Below, piece after piece: positions 1 through 10,581 of a stretch of DNA of 64,000 bases. Source of the stretch: Polyangiales bacterium (GTDB taxonomy: Bacteria > Myxococcota_A > Polyangia > Polyangiales > Polyangiaceae); the NCBI GenBank assembly GCA_038207155.1, contig JBBRAB010000008.1, forward strand, positions 27,709 to 91,708, in the 5' to 3' direction. The notes beneath the pieces were generated by a model. It was not told where the DNA came from. It ran no database searches and saw nothing but the letters and a program-made list of their open reading frames with translations. The position numbers and the translations under genes are program-made. Each line of letters starts with the position of its first letter. Within the stretch, counting starts at the first letter, position 1.

Positions 1-2
1 TG

Positions 3-845
3 GTGATGGGGACGGCGTTCTACATGTCGCCGGAGCAGGCCCGAGGCGCCGAGGACATCGACGGTCGCACCGATCTGTACGCCGTCGGAGCGCTGCTGTT
101 CGAGTGCCTGGCGGGTCGTCCGCCGCACACTGGACGCGTCTATGAGGCCGTGCTCGTCGACATCTGCATGCGGGACGCCGAGGACATTCGCGTCCACGCT
201 CCGATGGTCCCCGAGGCCCTCGCGCTGACCCTGGCGCGTGCGCTCAAGCGTGAGCGCGGCGAGCGTTTCTCGAGCGCTCGTGAGTTCCTTGAATCCCTCG
301 AGCAAGGCCAGGGCGACAGCGCGCTCGTGAGCTCGAATCGCGCCCTGGGGCAGCCAATCGACACGGTTCACCGCGGCAACACCGCGCTCAGTTTCGCACC
401 CACCGAGTCGGTCGGTGCGATCGCGCTGCCGCCACGGAGTGAGCCTGACGACACCGTACTCGAGGCCAATCCGGCGAGCGAGTCGCCTCGACGCGGCTAT
501 GCGCTGTTCGTGAGTCTGCTGGTGGCGGTCCTAGCCACCTTCGTCGTCACCGCGGTCGCAATGTCGCGCCGTTCGAGCGCAGACAATCTCGCGTCAACCT
601 CCGCGACGGTCGCGAGCAGCGCGTCCGCTCTCCCCGCAGCGCGCGCGTCAGCTGCTGCCAGTGCCGGCGAGCCTGAGGCCGCGTTGCGTGCGCCTCCCGC
701 CGCTTCCACAGGCCACAGAACCAAGGCGATTCCAAGCTCAAGCAAGCCTCCAGCCCGCCCCCTGACCGCCGCCAGCGCGGCCGCGCCACGGCAACCGGCA
801 ACCGGCGTGGCCGGCGGACTGAAACTGAAAACCACGCTGCCGTAA
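3..845 (+). CDS. Ser/Thr protein kinase, C-terminal part (5' end outside window)
   Basis: ORF is open to the window edge. Hanks subdomain VIII-IX motifs [13 protein letters not shown] and [18 protein letters not shown]. One TM helix ([22 protein letters not shown]) and an Ala/Pro-rich tail follow. Stop TAA at 843-845. Confidence 0.85.
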   Translation: MMGTAFYMSPEQARGAEDIDGRTDLYAVGALLFECLAGRPPHTGRVYEAVLVDICMRDAEDIRVHAPMVPEALALTLARALKRERGERFSSAREFLESLEQGQGDSALVSSNRALGQPIDTVHRGNTALSFAPTESVGAIALPPRSEPDDTVLEANPASESPRRGYALFVSLLVAVLATFVVTAVAMSRRSSADNLASTSATVASSASALPAARASAAASAGEPEAALRAPPAASTGHRTKAIPSSSKPPARPLTAASAAAPRQPATGVAGGLKLKTTLP

Positions 846-893
846 CAGTATCGCCACCAACTTCGGCCGCAACCGAGTAGCGTCACGGGGCCC

Positions 894-2450
894 ATGCGAG
901 TTGCCCTTCGACGCCTCGGCCCCGCAAGCCCCATTGTGCTCAGTGTGCGCGCTGCGCTGCTCCTCACTCTCAGCTGCGTCGCATCGCTCTTCTCAGCGCC
1001 AGCGCCCGCGGACAATCGCGGCGCCGCGTCGACGGCAACCGCTGCGTCGACGGCAACCGCCGCGGCAACGCCAGCGAGCGCGAGCACGGTGGAGCCCGAC
1101 GTCGCGACAGGCGATACTGACCAAGCGCCTTCAGCCAACGACACGGGCGACGCCCCGGCCCACACACGGCGTCATTTCGAGAGTGGCGTTCGACTCTATC
1201 AGGACGGTAATTTCGGCGGCGCGCTGGCTGAGTTCGAGGCGTCCAATCGCTCTTCGGAGAGCGCGGCCGCGCTGCAAAACATTGCGCTCTGTCAGAAGGC
1301 GCTGTTTCGCTACCTGTCAGCCCGTGAGACCCTGCGCACATTGCGTGAGCGGCATGAGCGTGAGCTCAGCGCAGAGGAAAAACAGGGGGTCAATGACGCC
1401 CTGACGGAACTCGGCGCGCTGATCGGGGCAGTGCGACTCAAGGTGGAACCAAGCCACGGTCACGTCTCGCTCGACGGGCGCGAGCTGAGCCACGACGAAC
1501 TACTCCGGGCGATACACGTCAACGTCGGTGAACACCGCCTCGTGGTCGAAGCCGAGGGCTACAGCCGCGTCGACCACACGGTGAACGTTGCGGGTGGCTC
1601 GGACATCACGGATATATCCTTCAAGCTAACGGCAACCCACGGTTGGATCGAGGTCGATGCGACGGATCCGGAAACCGCGCTCGCAGTCGACGGTCGCCCC
1701 GTCGCCCGTGGGCGTTGGCACGGCATGGTGACGCCGGGCCATCATGTGATTCAAACCTATCGCGAAGGGTTCGAGTCCGATGAGCTGGTGGTGGACGTCG
1801 TGGCAGGTCGTCACGTCACCTTGCGAGCGTCGATCGGCAACAAGCTCAGCGCCGCTCCAGGAACGCCCATCATCGTGCAGCAGCGCGGCTGGTATGGCTC
1901 ACTCGGACTGTCTGCCTTGACGTTGCTGACTCATCCCGCGGGCGTCGAGGCTTCCGGCAAGACGTCCGGGGGCGGTGTCGAGTTTCGCGCGGGCTACCGC
2001 CTGCTCAATCCCCTCGCCGCTGAGCTGCTGTTTCTCTCGGCCCATCATCGAATCGACGGGACCTGCACCTCGGCGGCGCCTGATTCCTGCCCGAAAACGC
2101 CAGTTCCGGTCAGCTACGAGCTCGACACACGACGGCTTGGCGCAGCGCTGCGCTTCATGAGCACGGGTTCGCGCCTTCGGTTTTCTTCCTCGCTCAGCTT
2201 CGGTATCGCCAGCCACGATCTGAACGCGTTCAACCGACGCGCGCTCGGGCTCAATGCGTTTGCCGGAGTCGACCTCGGGGTCCAGGCCAACTTCGGTCAT
2301 GTGCTGACCGAGCTGGTGCTGCAGGGTTATTTTGACGGCGCGGGGGACGTGAGTGTCGGACGCTACACGCCCTATGCCGACGGCGCCGGGATCCAGATGG
2401 CTGGACTCAGCCTACGCCTCGGTTGGTCGGAATGGACGTCCAGTCAATGA
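894..2450 (+). CDS. secreted PEGA-domain protein with TPR-like segment and beta-rich C-terminus
   Basis: ATG at 894, 48 nt after the kinase stop. Signal-like N-terminus and AASTAT low-complexity repeats. PEGA-type segments (HRLVVEAEGYSRVDHTVNV; HHVIQTYREGFESDELVV). Gly/Ser-rich beta-like C-terminal third. Confidence 0.6.
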   Translation: MRVALRRLGPASPIVLSVRAALLLTLSCVASLFSAPAPADNRGAASTATAASTATAAATPASASTVEPDVATGDTDQAPSANDTGDAPAHTRRHFESGVRLYQDGNFGGALAEFEASNRSSESAAALQNIALCQKALFRYLSARETLRTLRERHERELSAEEKQGVNDALTELGALIGAVRLKVEPSHGHVSLDGRELSHDELLRAIHVNVGEHRLVVEAEGYSRVDHTVNVAGGSDITDISFKLTATHGWIEVDATDPETALAVDGRPVARGRWHGMVTPGHHVIQTYREGFESDELVVDVVAGRHVTLRASIGNKLSAAPGTPIIVQQRGWYGSLGLSALTLLTHPAGVEASGKTSGGGVEFRAGYRLLNPLAAELLFLSAHHRIDGTCTSAAPDSCPKTPVPVSYELDTRRLGAALRFMSTGSRLRFSSSLSFGIASHDLNAFNRRALGLNAFAGVDLGVQANFGHVLTELVLQGYFDGAGDVSVGRYTPYADGAGIQMAGLSLRLGWSEWTSSQ

Positions 2451-3723
2451 GCGCGCCAAGCATCGCGTAGCCCGCGCGGAAATCCGAGAGCTGCCCCTTT
2501 TCATTGGGGGCGTGGTAGCTGCGGCTCTCGCCAAATCCGGTGATTTGCACGTCAAAACCGCGCTCTTGCAGGGCACGCACGAGCGGGAGCGAGCCCGTCA
2601 TCGAAAACGGTCGCAGCGCGTCGGGACCACTGACGGCCACAATCGCGCTCTTGAGCTGAGCGAGTCCCGGGGAATCCAGGTGACAGGCAATCCCGGGGGT
2701 GCGGCGAGCTCCGGCGATGAAGCGAACGCTGCCGGCTTGGCCCGAAGCGGTTCGCGTGCGTGAAAAGCCTGCGAGTTGGGCTTCGCTCTGCAGACGGACG
2801 TCGAGAGCCGCGACAAAGCTCGCGGCCCCCGCGATCGCCTCGTCCAAATCGTAGAACGGAGTGAGCCGTAGATCTCCCTCGATCCGAGCCGTCCCGGGGA
2901 TCTTGGTGATCTTCCGATTGTCGCACTCAAGCAGGGTCGGCTTGAGTGACGAGGGGGATTCGTAGCCCCAAACGGCCTCGCTCGGATGCGGGGGATAGGC
3001 GGTGCGAAACCAGTCTGCGAGCAGCTCGGAAACCTTGGCGGCGAGCTCTAGTGCGTTGACGCAGTTGTGAGGCATGCCGGAGTGACCGCCAACACCAGTC
3101 ACCTCGAGCGTCCAGGTGGCGATGCCTCCCGTGCCGAGCGTTGGCCCGACATCAGCACTGTCGACCCAGTACAGCGGGCCATCGCGCAGTGGCTCGAGCG
3201 CGCCTGCGTCCGCGACCGCCTCGAGACCGATCCCGGGGATGCTCGTTTCTTCCTCGTTCGAGATGAACACCACCGTCAGGCTGCGCTCGGGCGACTGCCC
3301 CCGCTCGGCCAGGGCCACCAGCAGCTCGGTCAGGAGCGCGACGTGCCCGAGGCAGTCCGTGACACCTCGACCACGCAGGGTCCCGTCCGGTTCCACGACG
3401 CAGGTGAACGGATCGGTGAGCCAACCTTCCGCCTGGCGATCAGCCGGGACCACGTCGAAATGAGCACCCACGAAGCCGAGCGAGCCTGAGCCCAAGCCCC
3501 GCACCGTGACGACCAGATTGGGACGCTCGGGGTCGTCAGCAATTCGCTGCAGACGCAGAAATCCGGAGGCTTCATGGGGCCGAAGGCGCGCCTCCACTAC
3601 CTCCACCGCCAGGCGCTCGACGGGGATCAACCCGACATCGGGCGCGTTCTGCAGATTTGGGCCAAGGGCCACAAGCTCGCTCAAGGTTGCTAAAAATGCG
3701 TCGGTATTGAGCTCCCAGGTCAC
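2407..3723 (-). CDS. M20 family metallopeptidase (ArgE/DapE-type deacetylase-like)
   Basis: 438-aa ORF with M20 metal-ligand motifs GAHFDVVPA, GRGVTDCLGHVALL and FISNEEE. GTG start at 3723. Its 3' end overlaps the convergent PEGA gene by 44 bp. Confidence 0.75.
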   Translation of the reverse strand: MTWELNTDAFLATLSELVALGPNLQNAPDVGLIPVERLAVEVVEARLRPHEASGFLRLQRIADDPERPNLVVTVRGLGSGSLGFVGAHFDVVPADRQAEGWLTDPFTCVVEPDGTLRGRGVTDCLGHVALLTELLVALAERGQSPERSLTVVFISNEEETSIPGIGLEAVADAGALEPLRDGPLYWVDSADVGPTLGTGGIATWTLEVTGVGGHSGMPHNCVNALELAAKVSELLADWFRTAYPPHPSEAVWGYESPSSLKPTLLECDNRKITKIPGTARIEGDLRLTPFYDLDEAIAGAASFVAALDVRLQSEAQLAGFSRTRTASGQAGSVRFIAGARRTPGIACHLDSPGLAQLKSAIVAVSGPDALRPFSMTGSLPLVRALQERGFDVQITGFGESRSYHAPNEKGQLSDFRAGYAMLGALIDWTSIPTNRGVG

Positions 3724-3829
3724 GGCGAAAGCCTAGCGCAGGCATCCCCTCAGTGACAGCGGCAAGCCGCTGATGGCGACCCACTTGCATCCCCTTCCCC
3801 TGCTCGAAGTCGCGCTGTAACGTTCGGGG

Positions 3830-4636
3830 GTGACCGCGGACCAGCAAACAGTCGAGCGACTCGCAGAGGTTGCCGAGTTGGGCGCCCACGAGCTGCTAGC
3901 CCGACTGAGGGATTTGTCGGTTACTGAGGGTGCGTTCTGCGCCTTCGATGGAGACGGGACCCTTTGGTCGGGTGACGTCTCCGACGATGTTTTCGAGGCC
4001 GCTTGCCAGCGCAATTGGCTGCTACCCGAAGCCCATACCGCGCTAGTTCAGATGGCCGAGAGCTTCGGTCTTGCCACCGATGGCAGCGCGAGTAAGCTCG
4101 CTTTTCGGCTCTTTTCGGCCCACCGCGCGGCAATCATCCCCGAGCTCCCCAGCTACGAAATGATGACCTGGTGCTACGCGGGACGTAGCCCCGACGAGCT
4201 GCGTCAGCTCGCCGCCGAGGTGCTCGCGCCAGAGCACTTTGCCGCGCGACGCCATCCCAGCTTTGGCCCGATCCTCGATGAGCTACGACGAAGCGAGCTT
4301 GCTCTCTGGCTGGTCACCGCCTCTCCGGGACCCATCGTGGAGGTCGCTGCCGCCCAGTGGGGCTTTGCTCCGACCCAAATCGTGTCTTCTCAAGCGGCCG
4401 TGGTGGCCGGCAAGCTCAGCGCGGAGCTGGCTCGTCCCTGCCCATACCGCGAGGCCAAGCCGCGTCTCCTGCGGGAACAGGCCGGCACCGGCCCGTGCCT
4501 GGCGTGCTTCGGAGACAGCGCGTTTGATTTCGAGCTTCTCAGGGAAGCTCAACTGCCGGTCGCCGTGTCGCCCAAGCCAGAGCTCATCCGACTCCTGCCC
4601 AAACTCCCGAACGCTGTCGTGCTCAAGACCCGCTGA
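3830..4636 (+). CDS. HAD-IB family hydrolase
   Basis: HAD motif I FDGDGTLW near the N-terminus. Size (268 aa) and a C-terminal FGDSAFD motif are typical of the HAD-IB / SerB-like subfamily. Confidence 0.7.
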   Translation: MTADQQTVERLAEVAELGAHELLARLRDLSVTEGAFCAFDGDGTLWSGDVSDDVFEAACQRNWLLPEAHTALVQMAESFGLATDGSASKLAFRLFSAHRAAIIPELPSYEMMTWCYAGRSPDELRQLAAEVLAPEHFAARRHPSFGPILDELRRSELALWLVTASPGPIVEVAAAQWGFAPTQIVSSQAAVVAGKLSAELARPCPYREAKPRLLREQAGTGPCLACFGDSAFDFELLREAQLPVAVSPKPELIRLLPKLPNAVVLKTR

Positions 4637-4647
4637 CAAAAAGCCGC

Positions 4648-4678
4648 GGGGCCCAACAGCGAAAAGCTGCAGGGCCCC
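4648..4678. terminator. GC-rich hairpin between convergent genes (possible bidirectional terminator)
   Basis: GGGGCCC (4648-4654) pairs with GGGCCCC (4672-4678). An inner CAGC/GCTG pair closes a GAAAA loop. It lies between the HAD stop (4636) and the glutamine synthetase stop (4697). There is no clear U-tract. Confidence 0.4.
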
Positions 4679-4696
4679 TGGGCTTGTAGCTCTAAC

Positions 4697-6865
<2,169 letters not shown>

Positions 6866-7250
6866 GGACAACGATACTCCTTGACTACGGATCGGATCAC
6901 CCGACGATTCCCGCCGAGTCGCCCTGAGCGGGCGCCAGACGGGGTCGCGCGGGAACTTGTCTCCGGTGGATGGTGGTTTCCTAGGAGGATCTTTGTTTCC
7001 GGAGTGTTTCGCATCAGTTTCTCCTGAGGGGGTGTGTCCCGAGCAGGGAGCAAAATCGGTTATTTCGCGGAAAACCTGAGCAATTGGCCGTTGGTTCAAT
7101 GCGTCGACGGGACCTCTTCGTCCGTTCACTGCCCATGGGCCGGCAGCGTTTTTTGGCTCCATCGAGGCCGTAACACCCCAGGACTAACCTCCACGCGCGC
7201 CGTGGCCGTATCAGGTCGGGCGGGCTGCGACCACGGTGCCCGCCGTCACC

Positions 7251-9173
7251 ATGAGTCGTCCACCGAGCCAACCCGACCTCCCCGAGTCTAGCGAGCCTTG
7301 GCGTGAGCAGCATTTTCCGGCGCTGGAAGCCCTGGCTTGGCTGAGCGGGACCCTCACGGTCGTGTACTCCGCGTACATGGTCTTTAACCTGACGCAACTG
7401 ACTCGTCCGGGAGTGGAAAGGGTCATCTGGCTCGATATGTTCGCCTTGGTGGTGATCGCCCCCGTCTCGCTATTGGCTTGGACAAGGCGACTCCCCGCCA
7501 ACCTGGCGAACGCGACAGGCGCGGCGCTCGCGCTCATTACGCTACTGAACACCACGGGTAGCGCCTGGATTCACCGCTCCGCCTCGGACCTTGGCTTTAA
7601 CCCCGTGGTGCTGATCGCGGCGGGCGCAGTGATCATGTCATCGCGCTGGTTCATTGCGACGCTGATCCTGGGAGCTATGATCGAACTCCCGATCGCGCAC
7701 GGCATTCTCAGCACCGGCGCCTTCATGGACTCGCAGGTTTCCATGGTCGGTGGCATGTTGGTCGGCGCTACCATTTTTGTGAGTCGACGCCGGGGGTACG
7801 CGAGACTGCAGGCCCTGCGCCGACTCGATCGCGAACGCACCAACTCGCTACGGGACGCGCTCGCGGCACGGGAGCATCAACTGAGCGAGCTCAAAAAGAG
7901 CGAGCAGAAGCGGCAGCAGCTCGAAGAGCAGCTGCACCAGTCCCAGAAACTGGAGGCGGTCGGAGTCCTCGCAGGCGGCGTCGCCCATGACATGAACAAC
8001 GTACTCGGCTCGATAACGAGCGTCGCATCGCTGTCACTCGATCGCATCGATCCGAGCGATCCCCTGCATCAGGACGTGACAGATATCATGACTGCGGCCA
8101 GGCGCGGCAGCGCGCTGACGCGAAATCTCCTCGGGTTTGCGCGCAAAGGGCTCCGCAAACGTGAGCGTTTTCCGATCGCCGAAACCGTTGAGTCCGTCGT
8201 GAGGCTGCTCAAACGTTCGATTCCGAAGCAGATCCACATACAGCTCGCGCTTGACGAAGGCACTGATGACCTGCTGGGCGACTCGGGTCAGATCGCCCAT
8301 GTGCTCATCAATCTGTGCATCAACTCGGTCGATGCCATGGAAAACCGGGGAAAGCTGACGATTGCTGCAAAAAACCGCGTACTCGACGCAACCGAGGCGC
8401 ACCGTTTCGAGATCGACCCGGGACGCTACGTGGAGCTTTCGGTCACCGACACGGGCCACGGCATCCCACCCCAGCTGATCGATCGCGTATTTGAACCATT
8501 TTTCTCCACCAAGACCACCAATGAACGCTCGGGGCTTGGTCTGAGTATGGTGTACGGCACCATTCGCAGTCATGGCGGTGCGATCCGTCTCGAGAGCGTC
8601 GTGCAAAAGGGGACCTGCATCACCATGCTCCTGCCCGCGCAGCTTGCCGCCCCGGAGTCGGCCCGCCCAAAGACGTTGCGTCCACCCGCCCCCGCATCCA
8701 TGGCGCGCAAGATCCTGCTGGTGGACGACGAGCCGCTCCTGCGCTCTGCGGGACGTCGTATCGTAGCAACCCTCGGCTATGAGGCGCTGCTCGCCTGCAA
8801 CGGTGCCGAAGCGATCGCCCTGTATCGCGAACAGGCCGAGTCCATCGCACTCGTCGTGCTGGACGTGTCGATGCCGGTCATGGGCGGCCGCGAGTGCTTT
8901 CACCGTCTGCGCGAACTGTCCTCGGACGTACGCGTCGTGATCGCCTCGGGCTACGCGCGCGACGGCGATGTCGAAGAATTGTTGGGCGCAGGGGCAGTGG
9001 GTTTCCTGAGCAAGCCCTACGACCGGTCAGAATTCTCGCGGGCCATCCATGGTGCACTCACTGGCGTTGACCTCGGCTCCGGAACCATGACGCTCGACGC
9101 AACCGTCGCTTCCTCGCTCAACTTCGACATTCCAAGCTTGGGGCAAGCGCCCTCGAGTGAGCGCAGCGCTTGA
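7251..9173 (+). CDS. hybrid sensor histidine kinase / response regulator
   Basis: Multi-TM N-terminal region, coiled coil, H-box GGVAHDMNNVLG, HATPase motifs DTGHGI and GLGLS, and a C-terminal receiver (KILLVDDEP...VLDVSMP). ATG at 7251 (alternative GTG at 7236). Confidence 0.85.
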   Translation: MSRPPSQPDLPESSEPWREQHFPALEALAWLSGTLTVVYSAYMVFNLTQLTRPGVERVIWLDMFALVVIAPVSLLAWTRRLPANLANATGAALALITLLNTTGSAWIHRSASDLGFNPVVLIAAGAVIMSSRWFIATLILGAMIELPIAHGILSTGAFMDSQVSMVGGMLVGATIFVSRRRGYARLQALRRLDRERTNSLRDALAAREHQLSELKKSEQKRQQLEEQLHQSQKLEAVGVLAGGVAHDMNNVLGSITSVASLSLDRIDPSDPLHQDVTDIMTAARRGSALTRNLLGFARKGLRKRERFPIAETVESVVRLLKRSIPKQIHIQLALDEGTDDLLGDSGQIAHVLINLCINSVDAMENRGKLTIAAKNRVLDATEAHRFEIDPGRYVELSVTDTGHGIPPQLIDRVFEPFFSTKTTNERSGLGLSMVYGTIRSHGGAIRLESVVQKGTCITMLLPAQLAAPESARPKTLRPPAPASMARKILLVDDEPLLRSAGRRIVATLGYEALLACNGAEAIALYREQAESIALVVLDVSMPVMGGRECFHRLRELSSDVRVVIASGYARDGDVEELLGAGAVGFLSKPYDRSEFSRAIHGALTGVDLGSGTMTLDATVASSLNFDIPSLGQAPSSERSA

Positions 9174-9213
9174 CCTAACCTCACGGCGGCCCGATGCTGC
9201 TGAAAGCGCAGCA

Positions 9214-10494
9214 ATGACCTCCGACCGCCTTCCTTCCCAGCGACTCGAACGACTCGGTGCTCTCGCACGGCTGGGCGCCAAGACGGGAGTGTCGCTCCTC
9301 ACGAAACGAGACCCGCACCAGTTGGCGGTGCACACCGTGGAGGTGCTCGGCCAATTGCGGGGCCTAGCCACGAAGGTCGGTCAAACCCTGAGCTCGGTGG
9401 ACGGCTTGCTACCCGAGTCGCTGGGGGACGTCTACAAGTTGGAGCTTGCGCGCCTCCGTAACCAGACGGCGACCACGCCTGCAGCGACCGTCAAGGCGCT
9501 GCTCGAGAGCGAGCTCGGCGCGTCACCAAGCGAGCTTTTCCGGAGCTTTGACCCGGAACCCTTCGCCAGCGCCTCGATCGGTCAGGTGCACCGGGCCACC
9601 ACCCACGACGGTCGCGTCGTTGCGGTCAAGGTTCAACACCCCGGGGTCGCCGCAGCGGTCGAACACGATCTCTCGAGCATGCACTTGCTAGAGCGTTTGG
9701 TATCCACGCTTGTGCCCAAAGCCTTCGATCCGGAGCGCGTATTTTTGGAGGTGGCGGCGCGGTTCCGGGAAGAGCTCGACTACAGACATGAAGCCCTGCA
9801 TCAGCGACGCTTTGCCCGTATCCATGCCCAGGATCCCAGCGTCATCGTACCGACCGTGCTCGATGAGCTGAGCACGGGTCGTATCTTGACCACTGAATAC
9901 GTCGATGGCTCAGCGCTTCCCGAGCGCGCTGAGCTGGGCACAAACCAGCAGATTGAACTCTCATCGATCCTCTGGCGCTTCGTGTTTCGCAGCATTCTGG
10001 TGGGCGCCGCGTTTAACGCCGACCCGCATCCAGGCAATTTTCTCGCGCTCCCGGAGGGGCGCATTGCGTTCCTCGACTTTGGTTGCATCCAGCGCTTGGA
10101 ACCAGGTCGGCTCGAGCTGGCCCGTCACATTCACGAGGCCGCCATCGAGCGCGATGATGCCGGGTTCAGCGAGCGCCTGCGCGAGATGCTCGGCCTCAAG
10201 GGGGGGCCCTACGAGGACTTCATCCTCGACTACACGCGATTTGCGTACCGTCCGCTGTTTGAGTCCCCGTTTGCCATCACCCAGAACTATGCGCGCGAGC
10301 TAGTGAGCCGCGCCAGCCAAGGTAAGACCAAGCTGCTGCGACGTGACAGCGGGATCGTCGCCTTCCCGCCCGGGCTGGCGCTGATGAATCGCCTGCAATT
10401 TGGCTTTTATTCCCTGCTGGCGCGCTGGGGCGCGACCGTCGACTATGCCGGCATTCAGCAGCGACTGTTGACCGAACCCCTGTTCATCGACTGA
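9214..10494 (+). CDS. ABC1/UbiB-family atypical kinase
   Basis: ABC1 motifs FASASIGQVHRA, VAVKVQHPG and ADPHPGNF. ATG at 9214. The track ORF starts at GTG 9157, overlapping the upstream stop. Confidence 0.8.
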   Translation: MTSDRLPSQRLERLGALARLGAKTGVSLLTKRDPHQLAVHTVEVLGQLRGLATKVGQTLSSVDGLLPESLGDVYKLELARLRNQTATTPAATVKALLESELGASPSELFRSFDPEPFASASIGQVHRATTHDGRVVAVKVQHPGVAAAVEHDLSSMHLLERLVSTLVPKAFDPERVFLEVAARFREELDYRHEALHQRRFARIHAQDPSVIVPTVLDELSTGRILTTEYVDGSALPERAELGTNQQIELSSILWRFVFRSILVGAAFNADPHPGNFLALPEGRIAFLDFGCIQRLEPGRLELARHIHEAAIERDDAGFSERLREMLGLKGGPYEDFILDYTRFAYRPLFESPFAITQNYARELVSRASQGKTKLLRRDSGIVAFPPGLALMNRLQFGFYSLLARWGATVDYAGIQQRLLTEPLFID

Positions 10495-10540
10495 CCCAAC
10501 GCCGACCGCCACAGCAACGTCGACCACGCCGTCACAACAC

Positions 10541-10570
10541 CTCCCCCGGTAGCTACGCGCTCCGGGGGAG
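10541..10570. terminator. hairpin between convergent genes
   Basis: CTCCCCCGG (10541-10549) pairs with CCGGGGGAG (10562-10570) around a 12-nt loop. It lies between the ABC1 stop (10494) and the GH9 stop (10582). Confidence 0.45.
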
Positions 10571-10581
10571 TCCTTCAAGAG

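Noticed and set aside
6866-7162. N-terminal 99-codon extension of the glutamine synthetase ORF
   Set aside because: The extension is Arg/Pro-rich with no GS similarity. ATG 6865 has an AAGGAG ribosome-binding site and matches the expected type III GS N-terminus.
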